A stretch of 63,508 nucleotides of DNA, the filler included, from Folioceros fuciformis (Eukaryota), in NCBI GenBank assembly GCA_049999805.1. It is 3 parts of 3 records of this genome, joined end to end, with 100 filler letters (N's around TTAATTAATTAA, not from the genome) between each part and the next. Parts side by side here need not be neighbours in the genome. Positions count along the whole stretch, not along the records: positions 27,820 to 59,805 come from JBNGIO010006283.1; positions 59,906 to 63,508 come from JBNGIO010006313.1; 1 more part is not named here. One strand, written 5' to 3'. The position numbers and the translations under genes were made by a program. The notes under the pieces were generated by a model. It did not search any database. It saw nothing but the letters and a program-made list of their open reading frames with translations, and was not told the origin of the DNA. Of the stretch, positions 50,793 to 63,508 are shown in pieces. The number at the start of each line of letters is the position of its first letter. Within the stretch, counting starts at the first letter, position 1.

Positions 50793-52756
50793 ATGGATCG
50801 ACTGCTGGTGGTGGACCCGAAGGAGCTGGTGATGCATTTCGAGCTCGGGAGCAAATGTTGGGGCGTGCTGCATGTCCGCAATGTGATGCACACAATGCCT
50901 GTGGCATTCAAGGTGCAGACCACGGCTCCCGACAAATACATCGTGAGGCCCCCGACTGGAGTGATTCCGCCCCTTGGAACTGCGGACTTGGAGGTGGAGA
51001 TGCAGGCCACGGCCGAGTACCCGGAGCACTTCCCCTTCACCAAGGACAAGTTCGTGGTGAAGAGCGTGGTTGTGCCAGGAAATGCAAGAGAGAGCCCTCG
51101 GATTCCTCCATCGGAATGGTTCAATTTCAAGAAGAAGGTCGTGTTTGCGGACGCCAGGCTGAAGGCGCTGGTGGTTGGTTCGGGGATTTTGAGGCTGCTG
51201 CTGGCGAGACCAACGTCTGACATGGAAGATATCAGAGCTGTGCTGGAAAGGGATGTGGATGTGGACGGGGTGGACGAGCTCGACCGCACAGCAATGCATA
51301 TTGGTAAGTGCTCCGGGATCGTGAAGCATGCCATTCTCGATTGGATTCATTCAGTGCTTTGGAGAACGTCAAGGCCGTACTGCAACTGACAGTCAGAAGG
51401 ACATGTATGTTCTGTTGTTGCAATTCTGTCGGTCCTTCGTTGCCAATCATACGGCTCACGAAGTCTTTTGCGCATGTTGCAGCTGTTGCAAGCGGCAGAC
51501 CAGAGCTGGTGCAGCTTCTGCTGGAGTACGCACCGAACCTCGAGAAGAAGAGTCGGGAGGGGCGCACTCCTTTGCAAGATGCAGCCCTGGCAGGGGAACC
51601 GCTGATGGTGGAGATTCTGCTTTCGAAAGGAGCTGATCCCGATGCGGCAGATACCAGGGGCCAAACAGCGTTGCATCTGGCACTGGTAGGGGGCCATCTT
51701 GACGTGGTCCGTATCCTGCTAGATCGAGGTGCGAACGTGGATGCTGCTATTGGAGATGGCAGAACCGCGATGCACATTGCGGTGGAGGAAGGGCTGAGAA
51801 AGAGCTTGAAAGTGCTGCTGGAGAACGGAGCCTTCCCGGATGCTGCCATATCCGGAAGCGGACAGACGGCTTTGCATCTGGCAGCGGCGAGGAATGACAA
51901 GGCGATGGTGAAGCTGCTGGTGAGGAACGGGGCCAGCACCCGAATGCAGGACCGCCGGGGGTTGACGGCAGCGGGCGTGGCAGCGGATGCAGGGCACGTG
52001 AAGCTGCTGGACATCCTTGAGCTAGGGGAGAAGCTGCGAGACGCAGCAAGGCGGGGAGATGTTGGAGAAGTTCGTCGTAGCCTAGAGAAAGGGGCGAGCG
52101 TCGACGGGCAAGACGGGAGAGGCTGGGGCGCACTTCACAAGGCTGCGTTCAAGGGCCATGTTGCGCTGGCCGAGTTGTTGGTGGACTGGGGAGCAGATCT
52201 GGAGCTTAGGGATGAAGAAGGCCACACTCCGCTGCACTGCGCGGTGGAAGCGAGGCAGACGGACGCTGTCCGCTTGTTGGTCGACAGAGGAGCTGATCAG
52301 CGAGCTGTGACGAAGGGGGGAGCTTCTCCGCTCGACATCGCCAAGATGCTGCATCTACCAGGCGTTCTCAGAGTTTTGGAAGGGAAGCCACCTGAAGTCG
52401 AACCAGCCAAGCCGAAGAGTGTGCTGAGAAGCCGATTGTCCTTGTCCCACAGGCATAAGGCGGTGACATTTGATCTGCCGGACGACGACGTCCACAGCGA
52501 GGGCGAGGATGATGAAGAGGGGCCTACAGATCTGCCCCAGCAGCAGCAACAGGATCCACTTTCAAGCCATAATACGCACATCCCATGTTCTACCAAGGAA
52601 AGTGCTACAGATTTTTCGTGGTCCCAGAAGATGCAGACTTGGGGGGCAGACCCTGTCGACTACAGTTATAGGAAGGCGCCCTCGGTGAACATACACATCA
52701 CTATTTGCAACGTGGATTTGAGCCAGTGTCAGAACTTGCTAAGTGCACAACACTGA
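50793..52756 (+). CDS. VPY: VAPYRIN (MSP/VAP domain + ankyrin repeats), one intron at about 51304-51482
   Basis: MDRLL..LHVRNVMHTMPVAFKVQ..YIVRPPTGVIPPL..EWFNFKKKVVFADARLK, followed by multiple ankyrin repeats (GRTPL, GQTALHLA, GHTPLHCA). Confidence 0.88.
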
Positions 52757-53167
52757 CAACCGAATTCGAAGTCTGAGACTTGCTTCCACGTGCATGTCTG
52801 CTTGGTGCAAAAGTAAGCTGGAGGCGTAGCCTTCTAACTTTGAGCTGGTTTTGCGACAGGCAGACACTGTATTATTTTCTAACCAGCATCTCGTAAACAT
52901 CAGCTAGATTGTTGTAGGTGCAAGGGACTTGCCATTCGATAAATGATACCCGATGGCATTCTCAATCGAAATTGTATTCGTCGAGGAAAGCAGCTTTGAT
53001 CACTTTTGAAAGCATCAAACGTTTCAACAGTGAGCATCACACAAACGGGCACAGGATCACGAGGGTTGTATATTAATTTTACAAATCTAAGACACCAATG
53101 AAAAGAAAACGTTCTCCAAACCTAGTGTGCAAGGAAGTTCCATGGCTGCCACAGACGACAATAAGGA

Positions 53168-56100
53168 TCAATTCTGAGCACTCGGCGCCGGCAAAGTCTT
53201 GCGCTTGAGCTGGTGTAGTGGCTCTTTGTCGTAGAAGAAGTTGCCGTGGTAGCCATAAGGGACCCGGTTAGGGAGCTGAAGCTTGGCTACCGGACTGTCG
53301 CTGAAGTTTTGGGCGTCCACGATGTACAACTGCCGCAACCCCATTCCAGTCAAATCGGGATCCAGTTTCACACAGATGAGAGGAGCACGAACAACTTGTG
53401 GTCAAGCAGCAACAAAACAAATTTGAAGGCGCTTACGTAGGAGATGTTGGTGGCCTCGTTGTGCACATAAGCCAGGACCCAGCCATCATCCTCGGCCTTG
53501 GCATCTGGACGTTCCACGAAGAAGGGCTCCGAAGCAAAGCAATGACGCTCCAACACATGGAACTCGTGCTTCAATTCCTGCAGGGCATGCAAGCGAAAGG
53601 TTAAGGAGCTCATTGAGAATGCAGTTGAGCAAGCCATGACTTGCTCGACACGATGGTCCTAGCGTCTTCTAGATGTTGCTTTAAGTTATGGAATGACATG
53701 GTGGTGCAGGAGGACCTCGGTCCTGGAGGAGGGCAGGGTGAGCTTCCCAAGCCTGTTGAACTTTGCTGCCCCTGCAACATGTGGAAGAACGAGACCGTTG
53801 TGATTTTCGGAGATGTTTTGTGGGTTCGAAAGGCTAGTGGGTTTGAGGACTGCGGAGGAGTACCAGCGTCAGAGGCCGCCTTCACGTCCATCACTGCCAT
53901 GTAGGCGTATCGGTTCTTGATAGCTACCCAGCTTCGATTGATGGTGGGGTATTCTCCGGTCCACGACATGTCGGACAAGGCCCGCTCCTGCATCTCACCT
54001 GTGACCATGTTGCAGCGCCACTCATGTACTTTGCTGAAGAGCACGCCGTCCACCTCAGGATCTACAGCATCTTCAGCTGTGACGGGCTGTATTCCGCGTG
54101 TGAACCAGTCATTCTCGGTCATGCCTTCAGGACATGGGAGGAGAGGAGCTTTCGTCCGGACTCCATGGATGACCACCTGTATAGAGAAGTGGTTTGCAAC
54201 TTGGTTTCAAGCAATGTATGCCAGCTTTGCACCAGCTATGATGTGAGATGTCACGTACTTCATCACCCTCCTCGTACTGGTTGATCATGTGAAAGCCATA
54301 GCAGGTCTCGACTGGGAACCATTTTGCTGTCTCCTTGTCACCATAGCGAGGGAAGATGCCGAGACGGGAGTGTCTGTCTCCTTCCCATTTTAGCAGGCTG
54401 GGAACAACAACCACGAGTTGGAATCACATGTGATTTCAGCAATTCCATTGGATTCATGAATCACACATTATGCAACGTTTGGTAGTGTGGGGACTCACTG
54501 TCCTCCAGTCATCAGCCGGTCAACGCTTACAGTGAGTGGGAAATCCAGGACAATGTTGTACCTACAATGGCCATGGCCCACAGAAACAGGGATCCGTGAG
54601 TCTCCATATTTTTAGATCGCCTGTCCTCAGGAAGAAGAGACAAGGATATGTACGTCTTACCTGAGGGTGATGAGAAGCTCATGGCTGAAAATGCAATAGT
54701 TAAAACCAACATCGCCAGTGTGGACTAGTCTCTCTCCATCCGCTGCCATAGCAAGGCCGCCCAATGTTTTAGCCTCAGAAGTGTTCAGTAGCACTTTTGA
54801 CAGACCACGAGATCAATTACGCATGCTCAAGGCTAATGGTTGGTGTTCGAATTCCCGTACCTGAGACCACGCCAACCATGTAGTATGGCGGAGCTGCAGC
54901 AAAACTGAAGATTACCAACTCTCCTGTCAGTGGGTCTTCCTGCCAAACGACCACGACAGGAAGCATGATGGATGAGCTTCGAAGGCGAGAGATGGTTCTG
55001 GCCGGGTCAAGGTATTGTCGACACCGCATGCCGTTGATCAAGATGGACCAGACTTACTGTGGGATGTGAGTTGACAGGCCTATTCCAAGCACCATCGAAG
55101 TTTCCATATTCCCTAATGGTGGTGAGGGTGGAGAGATCTATCTCATGAGGAACATCCCCCTCTGCTGTGGCATAATACTTTCCAGCGTGCGTGAATGTAT
55201 GAGTGTTGCATGTCGGCTTGTTGATCTTCCCGAAACGTAACTGTCATGAGAGCTCACACAAGGTTGCGAACGGTCATTTGTCTGGACCGTACGCTGCTGG
55301 CGATTTGGTGCAACAGGCATGTTCATCTGAACAGGTTAATAGATATCGTGCAGTGGTGTACCGAGTTGATGAAATAGTTGAAGGAGACGGCCTTGGAATC
55401 TCCATGAAGAGTGTTTGCCCAAACCGGTTTCCCCCTCTCCTTCTCGACCTCGTAGCCCATTGTGCCGATGTATCTGTTGAGGAAAGTGGGCACATCTTCT
55501 CCATCTTTAAAGTAGGTGCCGTGAAGCATCCCGTCGCCCTCGAACATGTGGTACCCAACGAAGCCAAAGGGGCCAACATGGAACTTACCACCGTGCAAGG
55601 GATTTGGGCCTGCATTCAGCCCAGGCAACGAGCATCGATGAATCACGTTCAGACTGTAGTACAGCAAAAGGAATAAGCGTGGCTAGCTGGATTGCGATCA
55701 ACCGACCATTTCTGATGTAAACTCCAGTAGGGAAGTCCTTGGGCACGGCCCCTGCCACCACTTTCACAGGTGTTTTCTTGTCGATCTCGTCGACAGGTTT
55801 GAAATTTCCCTGCAGACCAGCCGACTCATGGACAAGATTTCAATTCTCAGCATAGGTTCATCACTGCATTTGGAGGTGCTTTGCGCCGGCATAAGCAAGC
55901 TATGTTGAAAGAACGGAACCCACAGCGAAGAAGCCGTTAACAGGACGATCCATGGCTCTGTAGAACAACCCGAAAACCTCAGAAATAAGCCTCTCCCTGA
56001 CGCCAGCGATGGCCAGACTCAGCGACTCCAGCGGACTCAACTTGGCATCCTGCGTCGCCCGGGCAGACACATTTGCTTTGATTGCAGGGTAAAATGTGCA

Positions 56101-56584
56101 CACTTGAAAGTATAAAATTTCGACAACCGCTCACGATCGGTACGGAGGTTGAAGCTAATGACGAGCGCACCTGGCCTTTCTTGACGTAGTTAGATCTGAA
56201 TCTTTCTTCAGAGGAGAGCCCCGGAGCAGAGGCGGGCTGGAGAGGAGGCGCCGGGGCATCCAGGACCGCAGATCCCTTGTTGGCATCCACTGCTTGGCAC
56301 CTCACGGTTGCCTTCCCTGTCTGTAACGTTTCAGGGACGTGTCATAGGCGACGGCAGGCCCAGGTCAGCTTGTGCCGGATGCATGTGGACACGAATCGAC
56401 ATGGCCACCATCCCAAGCTCCGTCTGTTTCTCACCTTGAGGAGGCGTGTGGATGTTGCTGGAGCGCTAGGTGCAAGGTTGAGACGGAACCCTTTCGCTGC
56501 GCCTTGCTTGGCGAGACAGTCGGACGGAGACATGACGGGAGGTAGAATGCAGGAGGAGGCAGCTGTATTCACCAGAGCAGCCAT
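53168..56584 (-). CDS. Carotenoid cleavage dioxygenase (RPE65 family, CCD-like/ZAS-type clade), plastid transit peptide, multi-exon
   Basis: GFFAVG; GNFKPVDE; DFPTGVYIRNG|PNPL..FEGDGMLHGTYF; SRLGIFPRYGD..WF..FHMIN; EYPTIN; SEPFFV..EDDGWV; RVPYGYHGNF. Confidence 0.9.
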
Positions 56585-57372
56585 TGTCACCTCCGCTGGC
56601 TGTCACTGCAGCAAAGGCTGATGTCTTTCCTTCCTGGCCAAATTTTGGCTATGTTTCATATAGCACGGACGATGACGGATTGCTTGGTGCCGAGGCTGAA
56701 GCTTGAAGTAGTAGAAGCAGCACGCAAAGTCACGAGGATGGGATCTCTGTTACTCGAACTCCGTGCCACTAGATCCAGTCCTGTGGGAATTGGTGCATTT
56801 AACAGTGGATGGCCAAGTGGGACATTGACAATAGTGTCACTGAATTGTGTGAGCAGCCGCCATGTCGGCCGCAGTGTGTGTTTAAGTTGTGGCCCAGCCC
56901 TTCTTTCCGAGCTGTGTATGATTGTGCGGCACGAGAAACTATGCGTATCCACAAGAAGGAAGTAGCCACAGACAACATTCCATGGATGCTGTCGATGACC
57001 GATGCAACCCTCTGCTCCTCTACAGGCCCGCGTTACCTTGCTCCGTACGAGTCCCTCCGTTCAGGAAGGAGGGCAATCAAGAATAATCATGTTAGAGCCA
57101 GGTTTTGCCGGGTTCACCGGAAGATTAGGGGGATAGGACGTAAAAGACGAAGGAGGGACGAGTAAATAAATAGTTATTCAAGATGTCAGAGGAAGGCTTC
57201 GATCCCGTGAGCGTGAGATGTCTCCCGTAAAAATCAACTTGTTCCACCACGGATAGCTCACCATGGCAAGAAGTTGGAGCTGCTGACAACTTGCTCTTAC
57301 GTCCACTATGGTGCATTGGCTAGTGTCGAACCTCAAAACCCAAAATCCAGAGCTGACGGGTCGGTTAGGCCT

Positions 57373-59805
57373 TGACAATATTGCTTAGAGAGAACAACAA
57401 ACTTGAATAATGAATAATGTATATATGATTACAAAGTGTTGGTCTTAAATACTAAACCCTAAGTAACATGTCTAACCCTAGTCTAGGTAACCCAGCGACC
57501 GTGGTTACTATAATAAACTATGGGGTTTAACACACCCCCTTAACCACGACGCTAGTTATACTAGGGACGTAGACGAAGATGGGCGATGTAGAAAACGAGC
57601 TGAGTGTTGGACGATTAGGTGAACGATAAGCTTCATCCATCCAGCACCCGGCACCTCCACCTGCAACTCAAGGCAAGTAGGAAGAATAGTTTACGAGGCC
57701 TAGTGCCTCCGTGTGGAAGACATGCTTGTTTGTTGGTAAGCCCTTTGTAAGCAAGTTGGCTGTATTGAGCTCCGTGGATATGTGTTGGATCTTAATCACC
57801 TTGCGCTCCACGGAATGTCGAACATAGTGGTGGTGAACTTCGATGTGATTGGTGCACGCATGAAAGCGGGGATTCCCAACCAAGGTAATAGTAGACATAT
57901 TGTCGCAAAAGATAGTGGTGGGAACCGACTGAGGAAAGCCCAATCCTGCAAGAAAAGTGCGCTCCCATTCAGCCTCGTTGGCTGAGTCTGTGAGAGCTTT
58001 GTATTCGGCCTCAGTTGAAGAGAGGGCTATGGAAGTTTGTTTCTTAGAGCTCCAGTTGACTGCCACACCAGAGAGTAGGAAACAATATGCAGAAATGCTT
58101 TTCCTTTGATCTGGGTCTGTAGCCCAATCAGCATCTGCGTATCCCTCAAGGGTGAATGCACGGTCATCGCCCTGGGAACATAACCCAAATGTAGAGGTGC
58201 CTTTAAAGAACCATAGGATCCTCTGAACTGCCATCCAATGTTCGGGGCCTGGGTTCTCAAGGTATTGGGAAACAACACTAACAGAGTGCTAAATATCCGG
58301 TCTAGTCCAGCAGCTAATGTAATTAAGGCAGCCCACGGCATGGCGGTAAGGAACTTGACTCATAGCCTCACATTCATAGTCATCTTGCGAGCACTGGTGA
58401 GCAGAGAGCTTAACCCCAAGGCTTCCTGGTGTGCTGATAGGTTTAGCATCCTGCAAGTTAAATCGTCTAAGAGTCTCACCAATATATTTAGTCTGATGTA
58501 GGATAAGGGTACGGTTGGGTCTATCTCGCAACAGCTGAACGCCAAGGACAAAGGTAAGTGGTCCAATGTCCTTCATATTGTACTCCTTGTGCAGCATTCC
58601 TTTCACCCAGTCCAGTAATTCTCTGTTGTTGGATGCTAGTATAACATCATCCACATAAAGTGCTAGGATGTCCAGGTGACCTCCTTTGGAATAGATGTAG
58701 ACGTTGGAGTCAGCTGGATTTTGGATGAAACCTATCGACTTGAGATATTTATCAATACATTTGTACCACTCACGGGCACTTTGCTTCAAGCCGTATATGG
58801 TCTTGTTTAATTTGTAGACCCAATCTGAATGTTCAGCGTCCACGAATCCTTCAAGCTGATCCACATATATGTCTTCTTCAAGTGCTCCATACAAGAATGC
58901 GGTTGAAATGTCCATCTGCTCGAGATCCCAATCTCTAGCAACTGCAAGAGCAAGCAGCATCCTGATAGTCTGTGTCTTGACAACAGGGCTGAATGTCTCA
59001 TTCAAGTCTACCCCTGCAACTTGAGAAAAACCCCGAGCAACCAAACGTGACTTGTAGCGGGCTGTTTCTCCCTGAGCATTCAGCTTGTGTTTGAAAACCC
59101 ATTTGCAACTCACTGGTTTCCTCCCAGCAGGTAAAGGACATAGCTCCCATGTCCCATTCTTAATTAATGAATTATATTCATCTTGAATTGAAGGGATCCA
59201 ATGATGCTTGTCCGGACCAATAATGGCCTCTCGATATGTACGAGGTTCTGCTGGATGAGCTGTGCTTGTAGAGAAGGCTTCACATAGCCTTGCAGATCGA
59301 GGAAGACGGAAATCCTCTGGTTCATATGGTCCTTCATTCCAGCTGTCTCGTGCAGGACGAGATCTTGTAGGATACCTCCGTTCCTCGACTACAGGTTCAG
59401 GAAGTGTCTCCTCAGCTGGTTGTGGCTCAAGCTCTGGAAGGGCTGCAAGCTCAGGTTCATCTTCTAGCTGGTCAGGACCATCAAGATGGATGTCCACATG
59501 TTGTGAGTCAAACTGAGACTCGTCATCCTGCTCAACTTCTACATCCTGCTGCTCAGGAAAATCCACAAAAGAGTCAGCAGTAACTGTGGCTGTGGGTGCA
59601 AGAGTCGATGGTGCAGGTGCTTGCACAGGAACCTGTGTCTGTGATGAAGGAGGAGCCTGCGGGACCTGCACATATGCAGGAAATCCACCCCCTGAACTGC
59701 TAGCTGCCTGAAGATCAAAAGGAGGGCGAGGTGGCAAGTCATAAGCAACATATTGAGGATACTCTGTGGGAGGGGCATCAAAGTCCGCATCATCAAAAGG
59801 AGGAG
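57373..59805 (-). mobile_element. Ty1/copia 3' half: RT, RNase H, PPT and ~160-bp 3' LTR (57373-57532)
   Basis: YKSRLVARGF; QMDISTAFL; YVDD; GYADADWA; SSTEAEY; PPT AAGGGGGTG then TGTTAAACC..ATTGTCA on the minus strand; stop at 58289. Confidence 0.92.
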
Positions 59806-59905
59806 NNNNNNNNNNNNNNNNNNNNNNNNNNNNNNNNNNNNNNNNNNNNTTAATTAATTAANNNNNNNNNNNNNNNNNNNNNNNNNNNNNNNNNNNNNNN
59901 NNNNN
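59806..59905. other. Assembly gap with TTAATTAATTAA linker
   Basis: 12-mer at 59850-59861 within Ns. Confidence 0.95.
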
Positions 59906-60109
59906 CGAGAGAGGTGCAGCTGACCACCGGACAGCGAGGCCTGTCCTACGCCCGATCGGAGCTGGAGGGGAGCCCTCGAATCCATCATCGAGTTGATCAA
60001 GTCCGACCTTCCATCCACAGTAGCAAGGAACCCCATCGCTCCTTCGTGGGAACGAAACCCAATGTCTCAACGACAGTGGGATAAGTGTGGCCACTAAAGG
60101 TGGAACCCA

Positions 60110-61920
60110 TTGGCAATCAGGGCCCGGGGTTTTGCTGCCACACCTGGTCGCTAGTCGGCTGATCCAGCAATACAACCCGCCTGCTAGCCGACCTCCTGCC
60201 TTCCAGGATCCGCAAACCTGACCGGACCGTGCCTGGATCCCATCGGCCTTTGGCTGCCTACCTGGTCGGCTAGTGCCTGGGTGTGCTTGCTTGGTTGGCC
60301 CGGCCGCGATCCAGCCAGCTGCCAGGATACGCGTCTCCTTCAGCAGCTGGGATCTAGCCTACCAGCCTACTAGGTCTGGATCAACCCACGGCCTGCTAGC
60401 CGCCTTGCTCTGATGGGCCAACTGCCGGCTGCCTACCTGCTTCTCAGTAGCCGGACCGGTCTGGGGTGCTGCCTAAACTTTTTAGCTACCTGCCACCCTC
60501 CAGGATCCCTCCCGGCCCGTACTCTCCTCAGCCAAACGCCAGCCGCCAGCCACCCGGTGGCTGTTTGACTGCTTGGCCGGACCCGTCTAACCAGCCTGCC
60601 ATCCGCTTGGCCGCGATCCATCCAGCCTACCGACCACCTGGCTGATCCAATCGCAGGCCAGATCTTGCCAGCCCGACCTGCTTCCCCGCACCGTTTGCCT
60701 TGGTGATCGGGCCAGGCGCCTGCCTACCTGGATCCACCTGTAGCTGGCCTTCCCGCCGATCAGCCTGGCCGCCTACCCTACCAGTCCGAACCCGGCCAAC
60801 CTCCAACCCCAGCTGACTGCCCGGCCTTCGAATCCAACCCTGGCCAGCCTGCTGGGTCCTCCAGCCACCGGCCTTACCTGATCTATTGGTCGCCCACAGA
60901 CTCCTTAGTCGCTTGGCTACTGCCCACAGGTGGCCTTTGCAAGCCAGCAGTTGTCTGGCCGATCAACCAAGCTGCCTGCCTAGCACCAGCCGACCCACCT
61001 CCAGGGTGCCTAGCTGTTGGCGGCCCAATCTGCTGGCCCTCCACATGTGGTCATACCCGCCAGGACATCCTTAGTCACCAAGCCCTGCCCGATCGACAGG
61101 CCCGAGGCCCTAACCTCTCGATCCAGCTAGGCACCTCTTTGCCCGGCTTCTGGATCCTACCACGCCACCAGCAAGCCAGCGACTACCTGGTTATGACTAC
61201 CAGGCGGCCGTTGCCTAGATTCTACCCAGCCCACATGCATCCGTCCCAGGCTCACGGTTGTCGAGACTCCCCAGCGGCCCGTCACCTTTCTTCTGCCTTT
61301 TGCCTGGACTTAGCTTGGCTGCTCTGCCTCTGTGGACTCCCCAGTCATCCAGCTTCGGCCAGCCCGGCCGCTCCTGGTCGTCGGGCTGCTGGTCCAAACC
61401 CGGCCAGCCAGCCAGGCCCCCAGCCTCCCTGGCCTGTTCTGAGCTCTAGCCTGGTCTATTGTCCAGCCTAGCTGGATCCACCAACCAGCCTAAAGCCTGG
61501 ACCTGCAGGATTGCCTCCCATCAGCCCGGGTTGGACTGCTGGTTGGGTTCCAGCAACTCCGCCTAGCTGCCTACCTTGCCCCCTCCAGGGCTCCGGCGGC
61601 CTACTCGGCTGATTGCCTCGCAGCTCCGGCCCGGACCCCGGCCTGGGTTTGGCCATGTGGCCTGCCAGCAGCCAGGTCGCCTACATGGCTGCTGCCTACT
61701 CCTCCCTCGGCCAGCCGGCTGCCTGGCCGCCCAACTGGATCTACCAACTAGCCTAGCCAGATCAACTTGTCGGTCTCCTATACCTTCTGCCTCGGCCGCC
61801 ACTTCCCGGTCTCGCCCAGGTCAAGTCAGCCGTCCAGTGTGGCTAGCCGAACAGCCGGCCCGTTCCTCATCCGGCTACCCTCAGCCTACTTACCCTTGGC
61901 CTAGGAACCAGAGCCCACGT
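60110..61920. repeat. GC-rich degenerate repeat tract, probably a retrotransposon internal/5' region
   Basis: Dense CCAGCC/GGCTGG/GGATCC/CCTAG motifs; PBS-like TGGCAATCAGGGCC just after ..CA at about 60111. Confidence 0.45.
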
Positions 61921-62054
61921 CCTATCCACCACACAACCTACCTACCCTATCGACTCACCCTCACTCTCAGCTACTATTCTAACCTAACCTTCCAACCTTT
62001 CCTCTACAACACTCACTCACAAATCCCAAAAAAACGAAAACCTATCGTTTCCCA

Positions 62055-63497
62055 GGGGTCTGTTCAGCATGTGGAGTCCACAGGGGGCCTGCCAAGTGGT
62101 ATAGGAGGGAGTACCTCAAGGCCGGCACATTTCCAGCCACCTTTGATGTGCTGAAGAGGGCCTTTTGTGAGCGGTTCAGGGGGATAGACTTAGAGGGCTA
62201 CGTGCTGTCCAAGCTAGAGGTCTTGAGGAGGAGGAGGAAGGAGACCTTGCAGGCCTATGTGGAGAGGTTCCACAGCCTGTGGGATCGCAGTGGACCTCAT
62301 TCAGATTTATAGGCCATTAGGTGGTTTGCTGGAGGCCTAGGATCGAGGATGGGGGGCCATGTGAAGTTTTTCGCAAAAAAGGATGTGGACAGGGCTATAA
62401 GGGCAGCTCTCAATTACGAGGAGTCTCATACTTGGGGCAAAGGGAAATCCAAGGAGAAGGAGAGAGGAAAGGAGAAGGACAAGAGGAAGAACAGGCCTAG
62501 GAAGGGGAAGAAGAAGAGGGACTCATCCTCCGAGGAGAGTGATTCTTCAGGAGGATCAGCAAGAGCCTCCACATCTTCAGCGGAGGACAGCACGGATGAG
62601 GAGTCCTCGGAGGATGAGGCTGCTAGGAGGAGAAGGAAGAAGAAGGAGTTGGAGATGGCAAGGAAAAAGAGGGAAGCCAAGAAGGCCAAGCAAGAGGTGG
62701 CCCATGCTAAGAGGGAGGTGCAGCAGGTCAAGAAAGAGGCTGAGGCTACAGCCAAGAAGGTGGAACAGCAAGAATCCAAGATGGAGGAAATGCTGAGTAA
62801 ATTCGAGAAGTTCCACCTCCATGCCGTCAAGGAGCATGAGAGGAGGAGGGCTGCAGCTAGTGGCAGAGCTAACTTGTTTTGTTCCACTTGTGGTGAGCAA
62901 GGCCACACCAAAACCCATTGCCAAGGGGCCAAGGTGCACTTGCTGGCCTATGAGGGGGAGGAGGAGGAGTGGCTGGTGGAGGACTCCTACCAAATCCAAG
63001 AATTTTCCCAAGGTCAGCAGTACCCCAAGACAGCCCATCCATCGATTCTGCGAAACCCTATGGGAATGGGTGATCGCAGCAACCAGGTGGGGAGAGTGGC
63101 TGGGCAACCGGGGGGGGTTGTCCAGTGCTACAATTGTCGTGGATTTGGGCACTATCCTAACTGTTGTCCATCAGCAACTAGGCAGGCCAATGGGGATTTT
63201 GATAGGTTGTGCCAGGATTGCAAACAGCAGGGGCACATGGTGGGCAGCGTGCTTTGCCAAAACCCTAGGAAGAGCGTGAGAATAGCTCAGCCAGCGGTGA
63301 CGGGGGTGCAGCAAGCAGCACCTCAAGGGACCATAACAGCCATGCACGTAGAAGATGCCCTCATGGCTGTTTGGGAGGAGGCTGAAGCCAAGGTTCTTAG
63401 GGGGCTGGAGGGGCTGGACAGCACCAAGGAGGGGTACTATGGGGAAGATAAAGCCATGGTTGTATGTACCCGCAGTGGGAAGAGAAGAGGAAGGTAG
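62055..63497 (+). mobile_element. Ty3/gypsy-like gag (retrotransposon gag domain + CCHC zinc knuckles)
   Basis: FDVLKRAFCERF..ETLQAYVERF..L*AIRWFAGGL; CSTCGEQGHTKTHC, CYNCRGFGHYPNCC, CQDCKQQGHMVGSVLC; TRSG. Confidence 0.85.
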
Positions 63498-63508
63498 CAG
63501 GCTGCTAA

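Overview
Land-plant nuclear DNA with compact genes and ~70-180 bp introns. A hornwort or other seed-free plant is my inference from the PGQSWW-type PLS-PPR gene and the gene density. Two N-TTAATTAATTAA-N linkers (27720-27819, 59806-59905) show the window is three joined scaffolds. Intact-looking host genes: C2-domain protein, FemAB-like GNAT, a 2xLysM + invertebrate-type-lysozyme-like protein, SAC3B, a coiled-coil protein, RPN3, a long PLS-PPR, VAPYRIN and a CCD-like dioxygenase. Decayed sequence: GDSL and PP2A-A pseudogenes, ING/SANT/caspase-like fragments, three copia fragments, a gypsy-like gag and PIF/Harbinger remnants. Top result: a 3,878-bp TIR DNA transposon (36343-40220; 25-bp TIRs, TTAT target duplication) inserted into a Harbinger transposase gene. 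It carries a DDE-type transposase remnant, a divergent prokaryote-like beta-class N4C/N6A DNA methyltransferase remnant and a 33-bp-period array of GCGC/CCGG palindromes. Next most interesting: the LysM-lysozyme gene next to a FemAB-like gene, and a fragment resembling an animal-type caspase p20. All family assignments come from recognising motifs by eye; no searches were run.
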